DNA of 64,000 bases from Propionibacteriaceae bacterium (GTDB taxonomy: Bacteria; Actinomycetota; Actinomycetes; Propionibacteriales; Propionibacteriaceae), in the NCBI GenBank assembly GCA_035634295.1, contig DASQDG010000038.1, positions 17,209 through 81,208 on the forward strand. Direction: 5' to 3'. The notes under the pieces were generated by a model. That model saw nothing but the letters and a program-made list of their open reading frames with translations, had not been told where the DNA came from and ran no database searches. The stretch's first letter is position 1. Every line of letters starts with the position of its first letter. Positions 1-9,900 of this stretch are shown here, piece after piece. The translations under genes were made by a program, and so were the position numbers.

Positions 1-715
1 CGTCGAGGCCGATCTCGCCGGCGACTTCGCGCACCCGGACCAGGTCCTCGGCCGGTCCCAGGTGTGGCCCGCCGAGCTCATGCACGCTGGTCAGCCCTGA
101 GCTCGCGGCCACTCCCAAGGCCGCTCTCGCCGCCGAGCGTCGCTCCTCGTCGGTGAACAGCGAGGCCACCTGGGTGCGGCACCGGTGGTGCGCCTCCTGA
201 CTCACCCAGCCCGCCTCCGTGAAGCCTGCCTGCTGCTCGATCCCCGGCAGCTGCTCAAGCAGTGACGTCGACACCACGGCCGAGTGCACGTCGACCCGCG
301 CCAGATAGACCGCGACTCCTCCCCCGGCCCGGTCCAGCTCAGCCCGCTCCGGCCGCCGCTGCTCGACCCACTGCCCTTCGTCCCAGCCCTGCCCGAAGAT
401 CACTCCAGCCTCCGGATGCTGCCGCGCGTATTCCGCCACCCGGTCGAGCACCTCCACCCGACTCCGGGCCCTCGCCAAATCCAGCCCCGCCATCACCTGC
501 CCGGTCTGCACCAGATGCGCATGCGCATCCACGAACCCCGGCGTCACCAACCGCCGACCGAGATCCACCACCCGCGCCCCGGCCCCCTCCCAAGCGCAAG
601 CCCCGTCATCCCCGCCGACATAGACGATCACCCCGTCGCGCACAACCAAGGCGGTCGCCACCCCAGACCCACCCAGCAGCAGACGACCGTTCTTCCAGAC
701 GTGGAGGCCGGTCAC
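1..715 (-). CDS. Amidohydrolase family 3 (YtcJ-like) protein, 3' end runs off window
   Basis: Manual translation from GTG at 715: ...VVDLGRRLVTPGFVDAHAHLVQTG...IFGQGWDE...YLARVDVHSAVV; PGFVDxHxH metal-binding motif. Not in ORF track because the stop lies outside the window. Confidence 0.85.
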   Translation of the reverse strand, partial: MTGLHVWKNGRLLLGGSGVATALVVRDGVIVYVGGDDGACAWEGAGARVVDLGRRLVTPGFVDAHAHLVQTGQVMAGLDLARARSRVEVLDRVAEYARQHPEAGVIFGQGWDEGQWVEQRRPERAELDRAGGGVAVYLARVDVHSAVVSTSLLEQLPGIEQQAGFTEAGWVSQEAHHRCRTQVASLFTDEERRSAARAALGVAASSGLTSVHELGGPHLGPAEDLVRVREVAGEIGLD

Positions 716-745
716 AGGAGTGAGGGCGCGACGCCCGCCAGGCAG

Positions 746-888
746 GGTGGACAGGGGGGTGCAGGTTGTGCGCGGGAGCGTGGACGGGCCTGGCGGGAGC
801 CCGTCACGCGGAGCAACACACTGCCGGCGGCAGCCCTACAACGGGCGGATGGCTGCGACCGCGCACAACCTGCACCCCGCTGCCCACC
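746..888. repeat. Structured intergenic palindromic element, family 1, copy A
   Basis: 19-bp perfect inverted repeat 756-774/860-878. Internal 28-bp core (776-803) identical and 17-bp core (843-859) one mismatch to reverse complement of the element at 41238-41355. Confidence 0.85.
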
Positions 889-914
889 AGCCAGCCGAAG
901 CGGCCCGCTCGAGA

Positions 915-1352
915 TCACACCTGGGGCCGGTTCTCGTACGGCACGGAAAGCACTGTCGTCGTGTGCGTCGACACTTTGCCCGCGGCGCGAATCCGGCTGA
1001 GCAGCGACTCCAGGTGCGTCATCGTCGGCACCTGCACCTTGAGCAGTTAGCTCGGCTCCCCCGCCACGGAGTAGCAGGAGATGATCTCCTCGAGGTGCTC
1101 GAGCCGCTCGGGCGCGTCGTCGGCCTGGCTTGGGTCGAAGGGCTTGATGGCCACGAACGCGGTCACCATCAGCCCCACCTCGGCGGCGTCCAGGCACGCG
1201 TGGTAGCCCCTGATGACGCCTCGCTGCTCCAGCCGGCGGACTCTCTGCTGGGCCGCCGACGTCGACAAGCCGGTTTCCTTGCCGATGTCGGTGTAGGACA
1301 TCCGACCGTCTCTCGCCAACAGGGCGAGAATGCGCCGGTCGAGCTTCTCCAT
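915..1352 (-). pseudogene. Lrp/AsnC family transcriptional regulator interrupted by in-frame TAA (1047-1049)
   Basis: N-terminal HTH (LDRRILALLARDGRMSYTDIGKETGLSTSAAQQRVRRLE). After the stop the frame continues LLKVQVPTMTHLESLLSRIRAAGKVSTHTTTVLSVPYENRPQV* to TGA at 915-917, a typical AsnC C-terminus. Real pseudogene or sequencing error. Confidence 0.8.
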
Positions 1353-1377
1353 GGCGCCATCGTGCCAGTATTCGCCT

Positions 1378-2349
1378 GTGGAGTCCCCTCGCCTGCTGCT
1401 TCTGGATACCGCTTCGCTCTATTTCCGGGCCTTCTTCGGAGTGCCCGACTCGCTCCGGGCGCCCGACGGCACGCCGGTCAACGCGGTCCGCGGACTGCTC
1501 GACTTCATCGCCACCTTGGTGACCAGCTATTCCCCCACCCATCTGGCCTGCTGCTGGGACAACGACTGGCGGCCGGCCTGGCGGGTGGAGCTGATCCCCA
1601 GCTACAAGGCGCATCGGGTGGCCTCGGAGAGTGACTCGGTGGTCAGCGAGATGGCTTCCACCCCCAGCACGGCGGGCGAGACCGCGCCCGACGACCTGGC
1701 CGTCCAGGTGCCCCTTATCCTGCAGGTGCTCGACGCGCTCGGCCTGGCTGTCGTCGGCCGAGACGGCTATGAAGCCGACGACGTCATCGGCACCCTGGCC
1801 AGCACCGCACCGATGCCCACCGACGTGGTCACCGGCGACCGGGACCTGTTCCAGCTGGTCGACGACAAGCGGCAGGTCCGCGTCCTCTACATCGCCCGCG
1901 GGGTGGGCAAGCACGAGCAGGTGGACGAGGCCTGGATACGGGCGAAGTACGGCGTCGCCGCCTCCTCCTACGTGGACTACGCCACCCTGCGCGGGGACGC
2001 CTCCGACGGGCTGCCCGGGGTGGCCGGCATTGGGGAGAAGACGGCCGCCGCCCTGCTGGAGCGCCATGGCGACCTGCACTCGATCCTGAGCGAGGCCAGC
2101 CGTCCGCAGTCGGTCATCAGCAGCTCCGTTCGGTCCAAGCTGGGCGCCGCCATCGACTACCTCGCGGTCGCGCCCACGGTGGTCTCGGTGGTCCGCGACC
2201 TCGACCTCGGGGTGAGCTTCGAGGACCTCCGGCTACCGCGAACGCCTCGAAAGCCCGAACAGTACGCCGAGCTCAGCGACCGCCTAGGCCTCAGCGGCAG
2301 CGGCCGGCGTGTGGTGGCCAGCCTCGCCGGTGTCCAGAGCGCTGGCTGA
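1378..2349 (+). CDS. 5'-3' exonuclease / flap endonuclease (PolI N-terminal-like, Rv2090-type)
   Basis: LLLDTASLYFRAFFG, GYEADDVIGTLA, VVTGDRDLFQLV, LRGDASDGLPGVAGIGEKTA. Start GTG 1378 preceded by CAGTAT -10-like box 6 nt upstream. Confidence 0.9.
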   Translation: MESPRLLLLDTASLYFRAFFGVPDSLRAPDGTPVNAVRGLLDFIATLVTSYSPTHLACCWDNDWRPAWRVELIPSYKAHRVASESDSVVSEMASTPSTAGETAPDDLAVQVPLILQVLDALGLAVVGRDGYEADDVIGTLASTAPMPTDVVTGDRDLFQLVDDKRQVRVLYIARGVGKHEQVDEAWIRAKYGVAASSYVDYATLRGDASDGLPGVAGIGEKTAAALLERHGDLHSILSEASRPQSVISSSVRSKLGAAIDYLAVAPTVVSVVRDLDLGVSFEDLRLPRTPRKPEQYAELSDRLGLSGSGRRVVASLAGVQSAG

Positions 2350-5300
2350 GCGACGCTCTCCGGCGTCGATCACCTCACGGGCGGCGTTCAGGAAGCCGTC
2401 GGCGTAGTGGTCGGGCGGGAAGTCGCCGAGATAGTAGATCTTGGTCTGCCGTCGTACCTGGGCCAGCGGGTCGCGCTGCAGCAGGTCATCGTAGACCTGA
2501 TCGAGGTTGCTGAGGTCTTGGCGAAGCAGATAGCCGGCCTTGGCTGCCGGTGCCTCCTCCAGCAGCTGCTCGGGGGTGCGCCCCACCGACACGATGGCGA
2601 ACGGCTTCTCGGAGTGCAGGTAGTCCGAAACCACCGCCGACACATCGGAGATCATTGCGTCCGAGGCGTTGAAACAGTCCTCGATGGTCATCTGCTGTTC
2701 CGCAGCCGGGCCCCACAGATGCTCGCGTCCGGTGGCGGCCTTGTCGGCGGCCAACAACCGCCCGATTGCGGCGATCATGTCCACGCACACGCTGAAGCGG
2801 TAGTTGAAGGGGTGCGCCCGGAAGATCACCCGGACGCCACGGGCGAGCAGCTCCTGCACGATCTGTCGCCCCAGAGGCAACGAGTAAACCCGGGTGTCGG
2901 CGAACGGTCCCTGCCAGGTCGGCGCGTAGAGCACCGTGGGCTGGGGCTGAGCGCTGGGTGGGCCGATCGCGGGCCGGACAGCCTCCACCTGAGGGCGACC
3001 GACGATCTGGAACTTCTCCCGCGGGATCTCGATGCCGTGCCGGTGGTAGCGGTCGATGCCGGCTTGACCGGCGGTGAACAGCAGGTCATAGATGGCGTGC
3101 ACCGGGTTATAGCAGGCGGGCTTCTCGGAGTCGCCGTGATTGAGCCAGACGTGTGTCAGCTCGCGGCGCTCGACGAAGTGGGTGTTGCGGACGGCGTTGT
3201 TGACGTAGAAGGCCGTGGTCAGCGACGGCGGGATGACGTCCTCGAGGCTGCGCAGGGTGGGCCGGTGAATGACCGGCACTTCGACTTCGGAAGCTGCGGT
3301 CACGGCGGCGATCTCGCGCATCATGGCCACGCTGCGGGTGACGATGATGAACGGGCGCCCGATCCGCATGAAGAACGGCAGCCACATGCCCACCTGGTAG
3401 GCCGCGCCCACGGTGGACGCGAAGTAGACGGCGAACTGAGGGGCATACTCCTGCAGGGCGCCCCGCAGTCGCCCTTCGGCCTTGAGCGCCCGGCTGGCTC
3501 GGAGGAGCGCGGTCACCAGGGTGTCGAGGAACAGTGCAAGAACGACCAGGGCCAGCAGCAGCAGCACCCATCCCGGAGGCGGCACCAGCGCCAGCGCGGC
3601 CGCCAGCAGGCTCACCAGAAAACCGACCAGCGTGCTGACGCCACGAGGAATCCGCTCGGTGACCTGCGCGCCGACCAGCGGGAAGTCCCGTACGAGCAGG
3701 CCAAGACCTCCCCAGGCCGACCTGATGTGCGCCTCTCCTGAAGTGGAGACGGCAAGCAGCACCAGCGCCAGGACCGCCGTGGGAGTCAGGCCCCCACGGT
3801 CGGCAAGCAGCACGCCGGTCACCACCAGCACCACGGCCCGGGTCGCGGGCGCCTGGTTGAGCAGCCCACCCCAGCGGTACGGATCGCTGAGGCTGGTGCC
3901 CGCCGACAGGATCCCGGCAACCCCGGCCAGGACGCAGAGCAGCAGCGTCAGCAACCCGGGCGCATCCAGCAAAGCAGCCGCCAGCGCGACCAAGGCCAGG
4001 CCGGTGCTGGACAGGTTGAGACCGATGCCGCCAAGCAGCCGCCGGTAGCCGGACCACCCCACGGCCCGGGATCCGCCGTTCGGCTCTTCCTCGCCCTCGC
4101 CCTCGTCGTCGGTTTCGTCGTCGTCCTCGGCGGTCTTGCTGGTGACCTGTCGGACGGCGTCAACGAAAGCGTTCGCATAGCCTTCGGCCTCGAAGTCACC
4201 GAGATAGTCGACCCGGATGGCGGCGCGGCGGGTGGCGAGCGGGTCGGGCCCGAGCATCTCCTCCAGTTGAGCATCGAGGTCGGACAGGTCGCCGTCCACC
4301 ACGTAGGCGGCCTGCGCCACCGGATATTCCTCCACGAAGGACTCCGGTGCCGACGGCACCGCAATCATGGCGAACGGCTTAAGGGAGAACAGGTAGTCCG
4401 AAACCACCGCGGACACGTCGGACACCATTGCGTCGGAGGCGTTGATGCAGTCCAGCAGGCCCCGCTCGGACTCCGCGGCGCTGCCCCACAGATGCACCCG
4501 CCCCGTGGTCTGGGCGTCGGCGGCCAGCAGCGCCTGGATGCGGCCGATGGTGGCGGCGTCGTCGGGGAAGTCGTAGTTGAAGGGGTGTGGCCGGAAGATC
4601 ACCGTGGAGCCGCGCTCCAGCAGCGCGCGCACGATCCGCTCCCCCACCGGCAGGGAATACAGCAGGGTCTCCTCCACGTGGCCGCGCCAGGTCGGGGCGT
4701 AGAGCACGACGGGCTGCACGACCTCGGAGATGGAGCGGACGGTGGGCACCACGTCCTCCACCTGCGGCCGGCCGACGACTTGAAACTTGTCGGCGGCGAT
4801 CCGGACGCCGTGGGCGGCGTAGCGTCGGGTGGCCGCCGGCCCCGCAGCGAAGATCCGGTCGTACATCGCGTGCGTCGGGTTGTAGGAGGGCGGCTTGTCG
4901 GAGTCGCCGTGCCCTAGGTAGATGTGGGTCAGGTGCTGGTAGCGGACGAAGACCCCGTTGCCGGAGGAGGCGTTGACGTAGAAGGCGGCCTTGAGCGACG
5001 GCGGCACCAGCGCGTCGAGGTCGGAGATCTTGCGGGCCTCCACCACCGGTACGTCGGTCAGCTCGGCCAGGGCCCGGGCCGGGGTGGAGTTGCGGGTGAT
5101 GACGAGAAACCTTCGGCCGGCTCGTTGAAGGTAGGGCAGCCACATGGTGACCTGATAGGACGCGTCGTCGGGACGCGAGGTGTAGATGACGAACTCGGGG
5201 GCATAGTCGGCGACCGCTTGGGGCACCACGGTCCGCAGCCGGCGAGCGGTGAGGATCTTGCGACGCCCGCGGACGGCCACCAGAAATGGCAGCACCAGGG

Positions 5301-5868
5301 CCAGGGCGGCAGCCAGCGCCCACCACCACGAACTGAGGCCTAGCAACGCCACCGCGACTCCCGCTGAGGTGCTGACCAGACTGGCCGCCACCACCCAACC
5401 TCGCAGGTCACGCGTGCGGGTGACGGTCGGCACCCCCGGCAGGTGCGCCACGACCGGCGGCTGGAAGCGCGCGGCTCGGCGCAGGAACGGCTCCCCCACC
5501 ACGCCCGCGGTGAGCAGAGCGACCGCCAGCGCGGCGCCGAGAACCTGGGCGGGGGCGGCGTTGAAGCCGATCAGGACGCCGAGGCCGGCCACGGTCAGGG
5601 TGCGCGCGACGATGGCTGCGCCCAGGACGCCGCGGCGCTGGACTCTGACCCGAAGCAGCAGCCTCAGCGACAGGCCCAGCACGCAGGCGGACAGCAGCGC
5701 GGTGGCCAGGGCGCTCGAGCTGCCGCCCGGGCGCAGCAGCGACGGTGACGGCGAGCTCAGTGCGCCGACCATGGCCGCCACCACGATCAGGGTGTCCAGA
5801 GCGAGGTTGACGTAGCGCTGCCGCTGTTGCGGGTTTCCGCTCACCTCCGGAGTCGTGATCGCGGTCAT
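2284..5868 (-). CDS. Membrane protein with two tandem CDP-polyol phosphotransferase (TagF/TagB-like) modules
   Basis: Two repeats of a multi-TM segment plus catalytic domain: GHGDSDK/NHGDSEK, VGRPQVE, VLYAPTW, IFRPHPF/IFRAHPF, SDAMxSDVSAVVSDYL. Start 5868 chosen from ATGA overlap with the upstream acyltransferase stop. Confidence 0.8.
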   Translation of the reverse strand: MTAITTPEVSGNPQQRQRYVNLALDTLIVVAAMVGALSSPSPSLLRPGGSSSALATALLSACVLGLSLRLLLRVRVQRRGVLGAAIVARTLTVAGLGVLIGFNAAPAQVLGAALAVALLTAGVVGEPFLRRAARFQPPVVAHLPGVPTVTRTRDLRGWVVAASLVSTSAGVAVALLGLSSWWWALAAALALVLPFLVAVRGRRKILTARRLRTVVPQAVADYAPEFVIYTSRPDDASYQVTMWLPYLQRAGRRFLVITRNSTPARALAELTDVPVVEARKISDLDALVPPSLKAAFYVNASSGNGVFVRYQHLTHIYLGHGDSDKPPSYNPTHAMYDRIFAAGPAATRRYAAHGVRIAADKFQVVGRPQVEDVVPTVRSISEVVQPVVLYAPTWRGHVEETLLYSLPVGERIVRALLERGSTVIFRPHPFNYDFPDDAATIGRIQALLAADAQTTGRVHLWGSAAESERGLLDCINASDAMVSDVSAVVSDYLFSLKPFAMIAVPSAPESFVEEYPVAQAAYVVDGDLSDLDAQLEEMLGPDPLATRRAAIRVDYLGDFEAEGYANAFVDAVRQVTSKTAEDDDETDDEGEGEEEPNGGSRAVGWSGYRRLLGGIGLNLSSTGLALVALAAALLDAPGLLTLLLCVLAGVAGILSAGTSLSDPYRWGGLLNQAPATRAVVLVVTGVLLADRGGLTPTAVLALVLLAVSTSGEAHIRSAWGGLGLLVRDFPLVGAQVTERIPRGVSTLVGFLVSLLAAALALVPPPGWVLLLLALVVLALFLDTLVTALLRASRALKAEGRLRGALQEYAPQFAVYFASTVGAAYQVGMWLPFFMRIGRPFIIVTRSVAMMREIAAVTAASEVEVPVIHRPTLRSLEDVIPPSLTTAFYVNNAVRNTHFVERRELTHVWLNHGDSEKPACYNPVHAIYDLLFTAGQAGIDRYHRHGIEIPREKFQIVGRPQVEAVRPAIGPPSAQPQPTVLYAPTWQGPFADTRVYSLPLGRQIVQELLARGVRVIFRAHPFNYRFSVCVDMIAAIGRLLAADKAATGREHLWGPAAEQQMTIEDCFNASDAMISDVSAVVSDYLHSEKPFAIVSVGRTPEQLLEEAPAAKAGYLLRQDLSNLDQVYDDLLQRDPLAQVRRQTKIYYLGDFPPDHYADGFLNAAREVIDAGERRSASALDTGEAGHHTPAAAAEA

Positions 5869-6926
5869 GGCCGCTCGGGAGAGCGTCGGAACAGCCATCC
5901 CACTGACGGTTCGACCAGGACTCGAAACGTGGCCGACACCACTGACGTCGACAGCACGGCCGTGAGCAGGAGAGCGCCCAGCACCAGGGCGAGCAAGACC
6001 ACGGGCGACTTGACGTCGTCGAGGTAGCCGGCCTGCAGCAAGAAGTAGATCGGCAGCAGGTGCAGCATGTAGACGTACATGGTCGCCCGGCCCCAACCGG
6101 TGACCGAAGTCGTCGAGGCCGAGGTCACCGACACGATGGCGACCACCAGCAGCAGGGCGATCCCGATCAGGAGAAGCCGGGTTCCGCCCGCGGCCCAGCC
6201 CTGCACGCCGATGGTGGCGTAGTTCTTCTCCACCTGGACCCACTCCCGCAGGTGATGCTCGCGAGCGAACGAGACGCCGAGCACGCAGCAGACCAAGGCG
6301 ACCAGGAGCACGCCCAGCGAAGTCGCACGGACCCAACCCCGCCGAAGGAACGGCAGTACCGAGGCCAATGACGGGCGTGACCGCATCGCCCAGCCGGCCA
6401 CGAAGAAGGGCAGCATGCCCAACACCCGGCTGGCGTCGAAGAGCCAGCCGATGGCGAAGTATCCGCTGATGCAGGCCACCGCGACCGCGACCACGACCGG
6501 CAGCTGCAGGTTTGCCATCAGCGGCAGGGCCAGTCGCCAGGCGGCCAGCGCGGGCAGGAACCACAGGTGCCAGTAGGGCGAGGTGAGGTCGAAGGTGAGC
6601 TTGCCCTCCTGCCACCAGCGGATCAGGGCCCAGAGCACGCTGAAGATCACGTACGGGGCCAACAGCTGGCTGATGATCCTCTGACCGTCGGCACCGGTGA
6701 TCGGCTCGGCCCGGGCGAAGTATCCGGAGATGAAGGCGAACAGCGGCATATGGAACGCATAGACGAACAGGTAGAGCGCGTACGCCAGGTCATAGCGCGA
6801 AGCCGACTCGATCGTGTGCCCTACGACCACCAGGGAGATGGCCAACAGCCGGAGGTTGTCCCACAGCGGATCGCGACTGCGGACCGCGCCGGTCGACGCG
6901 GCGGCGCTGGGAGTCGCGATCACCAT
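5865..6926 (-). CDS. Acyltransferase family 3 (OafA-like O-acyltransferase), multi-TM
   Basis: RDPLWDNLRLLAISLVVVGH, YAFHMPLFAFISGYF, WHLWFLPAL, GRATMYVYMLH; about 10 hydrophobic helices. Confidence 0.85.
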   Translation of the reverse strand: MVIATPSAAASTGAVRSRDPLWDNLRLLAISLVVVGHTIESASRYDLAYALYLFVYAFHMPLFAFISGYFARAEPITGADGQRIISQLLAPYVIFSVLWALIRWWQEGKLTFDLTSPYWHLWFLPALAAWRLALPLMANLQLPVVVAVAVACISGYFAIGWLFDASRVLGMLPFFVAGWAMRSRPSLASVLPFLRRGWVRATSLGVLLVALVCCVLGVSFAREHHLREWVQVEKNYATIGVQGWAAGGTRLLLIGIALLLVVAIVSVTSASTTSVTGWGRATMYVYMLHLLPIYFLLQAGYLDDVKSPVVLLALVLGALLLTAVLSTSVVSATFRVLVEPSVGWLFRRSPERP

Positions 6927-9900
6927 TCCGATGCAGGCGCGTCGCCGCGAGGAACGAAGACCGCATCCACCAGGCGTTCGGCGGCGCGGCCGTCCTCGAG
7001 GGGGAGGTAGTCGCTCCGGAACCGCCGATACTGCTCGGCGTATTCGGCCCGGACCTGATCCAGCTGCGACAGTGCCTCGATGATCTCGTCGGTGGTGTTG
7101 ACGAACGGACCCGGCGCGGTGGGCTCGAAGTCGAAGAGCCAGCCCCGGGTCTCGACGTAGCGCTGCAGGTCGGGCACGTGGAAGATCATCGGCTTGCCCG
7201 TGACCCCGAAGTCGAAGCGCAGCGAGGAGTAGTCCACCAAGGCCGCGTCGGCGGCCAGATAGAGGTCGCTCACCTCGGGATAGTCGGTGACGTCGATCAC
7301 CCCGGGGCGCGGCCGGATGCGCCGGTTCACTCGGGCGTTGAACGCGTGACCGCGGACCAAGACCACATAGTCATCGCCTAGGGCTGCGGTGACGGTGTCG
7401 AGGTCGAGGAAGTCCACCATCTCAGCCCGGTGGTCGTCGGGTGAGAGGTAGTCGCGGTAGGTCGGCGCGTACAACACGACGGTCTGGTCGGGCTTGATGC
7501 CGAACGCGTCGCGGACTCGTCGGCGCAGCTCGTCGGCGTGCGGCGACGACAACACGTCGTTGCGTGGATAGCCGATCTCGAGCACCTCACCGGAATAGCG
7601 GAAATCGCGGGTGAGCAGCGGGGTGGCGTACGGGGCCGGCGAGATGAGGTAGTCCCACTCGGCCGAGCGGCGCGCGTAGGAGTCGATCCGCTGAGTCGAG
7701 AAGCCGGCCCTGATCCAGTTCGGGTAGCCCATGGTCTTGAACGGGTAACCGTGGAAGGTCTGCATCAGCACCTGTCCGGCCGGCTTCACGTGGTAGTCCG
7801 GCTGGTACATGTTGTCCATGTAGTAGGTCACGCTGGACAGCAGCCGATACCACTCGGCGCTGTCCTTGACCACGCCGATACCGCCCTCGGGCACGGGTAC
7901 GGAGTGGTCCCGAATCGCCCAGTAGACCGGCAGGTCGCACCCCCGGCGGGCGAGCTCGGCCTGCAGCCCGACCCCGTTGTCAGTAGCGGACTCGCCAAAG
8001 TAGGACTGCAACAGCACGCCCCGGTGAGTGGCCCGGGCGTCGGCCCGCGGTCGACCGCGCAGCAGGTTCTGCCGGTAGCGCCCGGTGGCCTCGGCTCCCA
8101 ACGGACGGGTCAGCGACAGCTGCAGGTTGCCGCCGGCGCCGCCGCGGACCACCCGAGCGTTCACCAGCTCCGAACCCACCGAGACCGGGACCCGAAGCAG
8201 CAGTTCCGCCGACATCAGCACCGGGAACGGCGCGCTTTCCTCAACCGGGCCCGGCAGACCGGGGACGTCGGCCAGCACCCGGTATTCGCCCGAGCGGAGC
8301 GGCAACGTGCCGAACCGGCCCTCGGTGCGGGCGATCGGCACCGTGGCGTGGAAGCGACTCCCGTCGACCTCGGGCAGCACCCAGTCCGAGCGCCGGGTCG
8401 GATGGACCAGGGCGATCCGAAACGGCGCGGCAACCATGCCCGCGAAATGACCGCGAATCTCCAGGTCGCCGTGCGCGTTTGTGCTCAGCTCGGTGGCCAC
8501 CACCGCGCCTCGACGCTCGGTCACCGTCACCCGCCCGAACCGGGTCCGTTCCAAAGCGATCACCTGGCCCGGCAGCTCGACCGGCCCGGAGTCGCCTCGC
8601 CAGGCCACCGGAACTCTTGTCGTGGTGGTCTTGCCGTTCTCGGCTGTACCGCTGACCAGGGCCCGCACCCGCCAGCGACGAGTGGCGGCCGGACTGTCCA
8701 GCAGCCCCTCGGGCAGCGGCGGCAACGCGAGCGAGACCGGGGCACTGGCGTTCTCGGTCGGTTCGAGGGACGTCCGGGCGACCAGCCGAGCGCTCGAATT
8801 GGTCGCTTCAAATCCCACCACATGGCGAAGGTCGCCGTGCAGCACCCCGATCAGCTGCCGGTCCTGGATGGTGGCCTGGACGAGCTCGACCCCGGCTTCG
8901 TCCAGCCGAAGCCGCAACGGGCGTCGCCACTGCCACAGCAGGACCAGATGCGTGCCGTCGGGGCGTCGGCTGTGCTCCAGAGCCGCGGCAGAGCCACGCT
9001 GGTTGACACGGGTGATCGGCGCGGTCACCGAGAACCCGGCCACGTCAACCCGCAGATCGAGGTCCCAGACGTCTCCGATACTCGCTCCGACCTCGTCGCA
9101 CAGCTCGGCGAAAGGAACGTCGACGGCGAACTGGCCCCCCTCATAAGTCGCCCAAGGGTCGTCGTTGGGAGCGGGGAAGATCGGCACCGGCAGGTGCTGG
9201 TTGGCGAACTCAAAGGATCGACCGGTTCGACGGTGCCGGGCCAGCACCGTCACCTGATTGGTGGTGCCCGCGGGCGCCTCGGCCAGGTTGAGGTAGCGCA
9301 GGTAAGCCCAGCCACTCACTCGCAGTCGGGCATCGTGGGTCCACTCCAGGCCCTGCACCGAATGGGACAGCTCCAGCTGATCGGGGCGCAGCAGGAAGAG
9401 CTGCTTGTCCAGGCCGATCTCGGGATCGTCGAAGTAAGGCAGCTGCAGATAGAGGCCCTCGGGGGCGACCGTGGCCGGCCACTGGTGCAGGCGGTGGCCG
9501 TTGCGCGCGATGAACTCCCGGGCTTCCAGCTGCCGATTGGCGCACGCGAGCGCGATCATCACCCGGCGCATGGGCATGGTGCGGTCCCACACCTGCTGCG
9601 ATGCTGCACCGGCAAGATCAGAAACGGCACTCTGCAGCTCGCACCAGTAGTCGTGGGAGGTGGTGGACGGGCTGTTGAGGTACCAGTGGAAGTGCGCGTC
9701 GAAGAGGGTCTGCAGCCAGGCGTCGTAGATCTCGACCGACACCGTGTCCTGCAGGGCCTCGTGGCTGACCCGCCACGCGGCCACACGGTCCCGCACGTCG
9801 CTCACGGTGCTGGTCTGTTGGCTGATCGAACTGCCGTCGGCCCGGGCCCGATACTCATAGACCACCCGAGCGAGCACGTCGATCTTCCGCGCCCGGGCGT

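Noticed and set aside
1047-1049. Programmed recoding (Sec/Pyl) of the Lrp stop
   Set aside because: The codon is TAA, not TGA or TAG, and a single substitution from TAC explains it.
5869-6615. N-terminal 249 aa of the 1443-aa ORF-track protein
   Set aside because: Overlaps the acyltransferase in another frame; the ATGA overlap at 5865-5868 gives the real start. The same applies to the extended dop, carB and carA ORFs.
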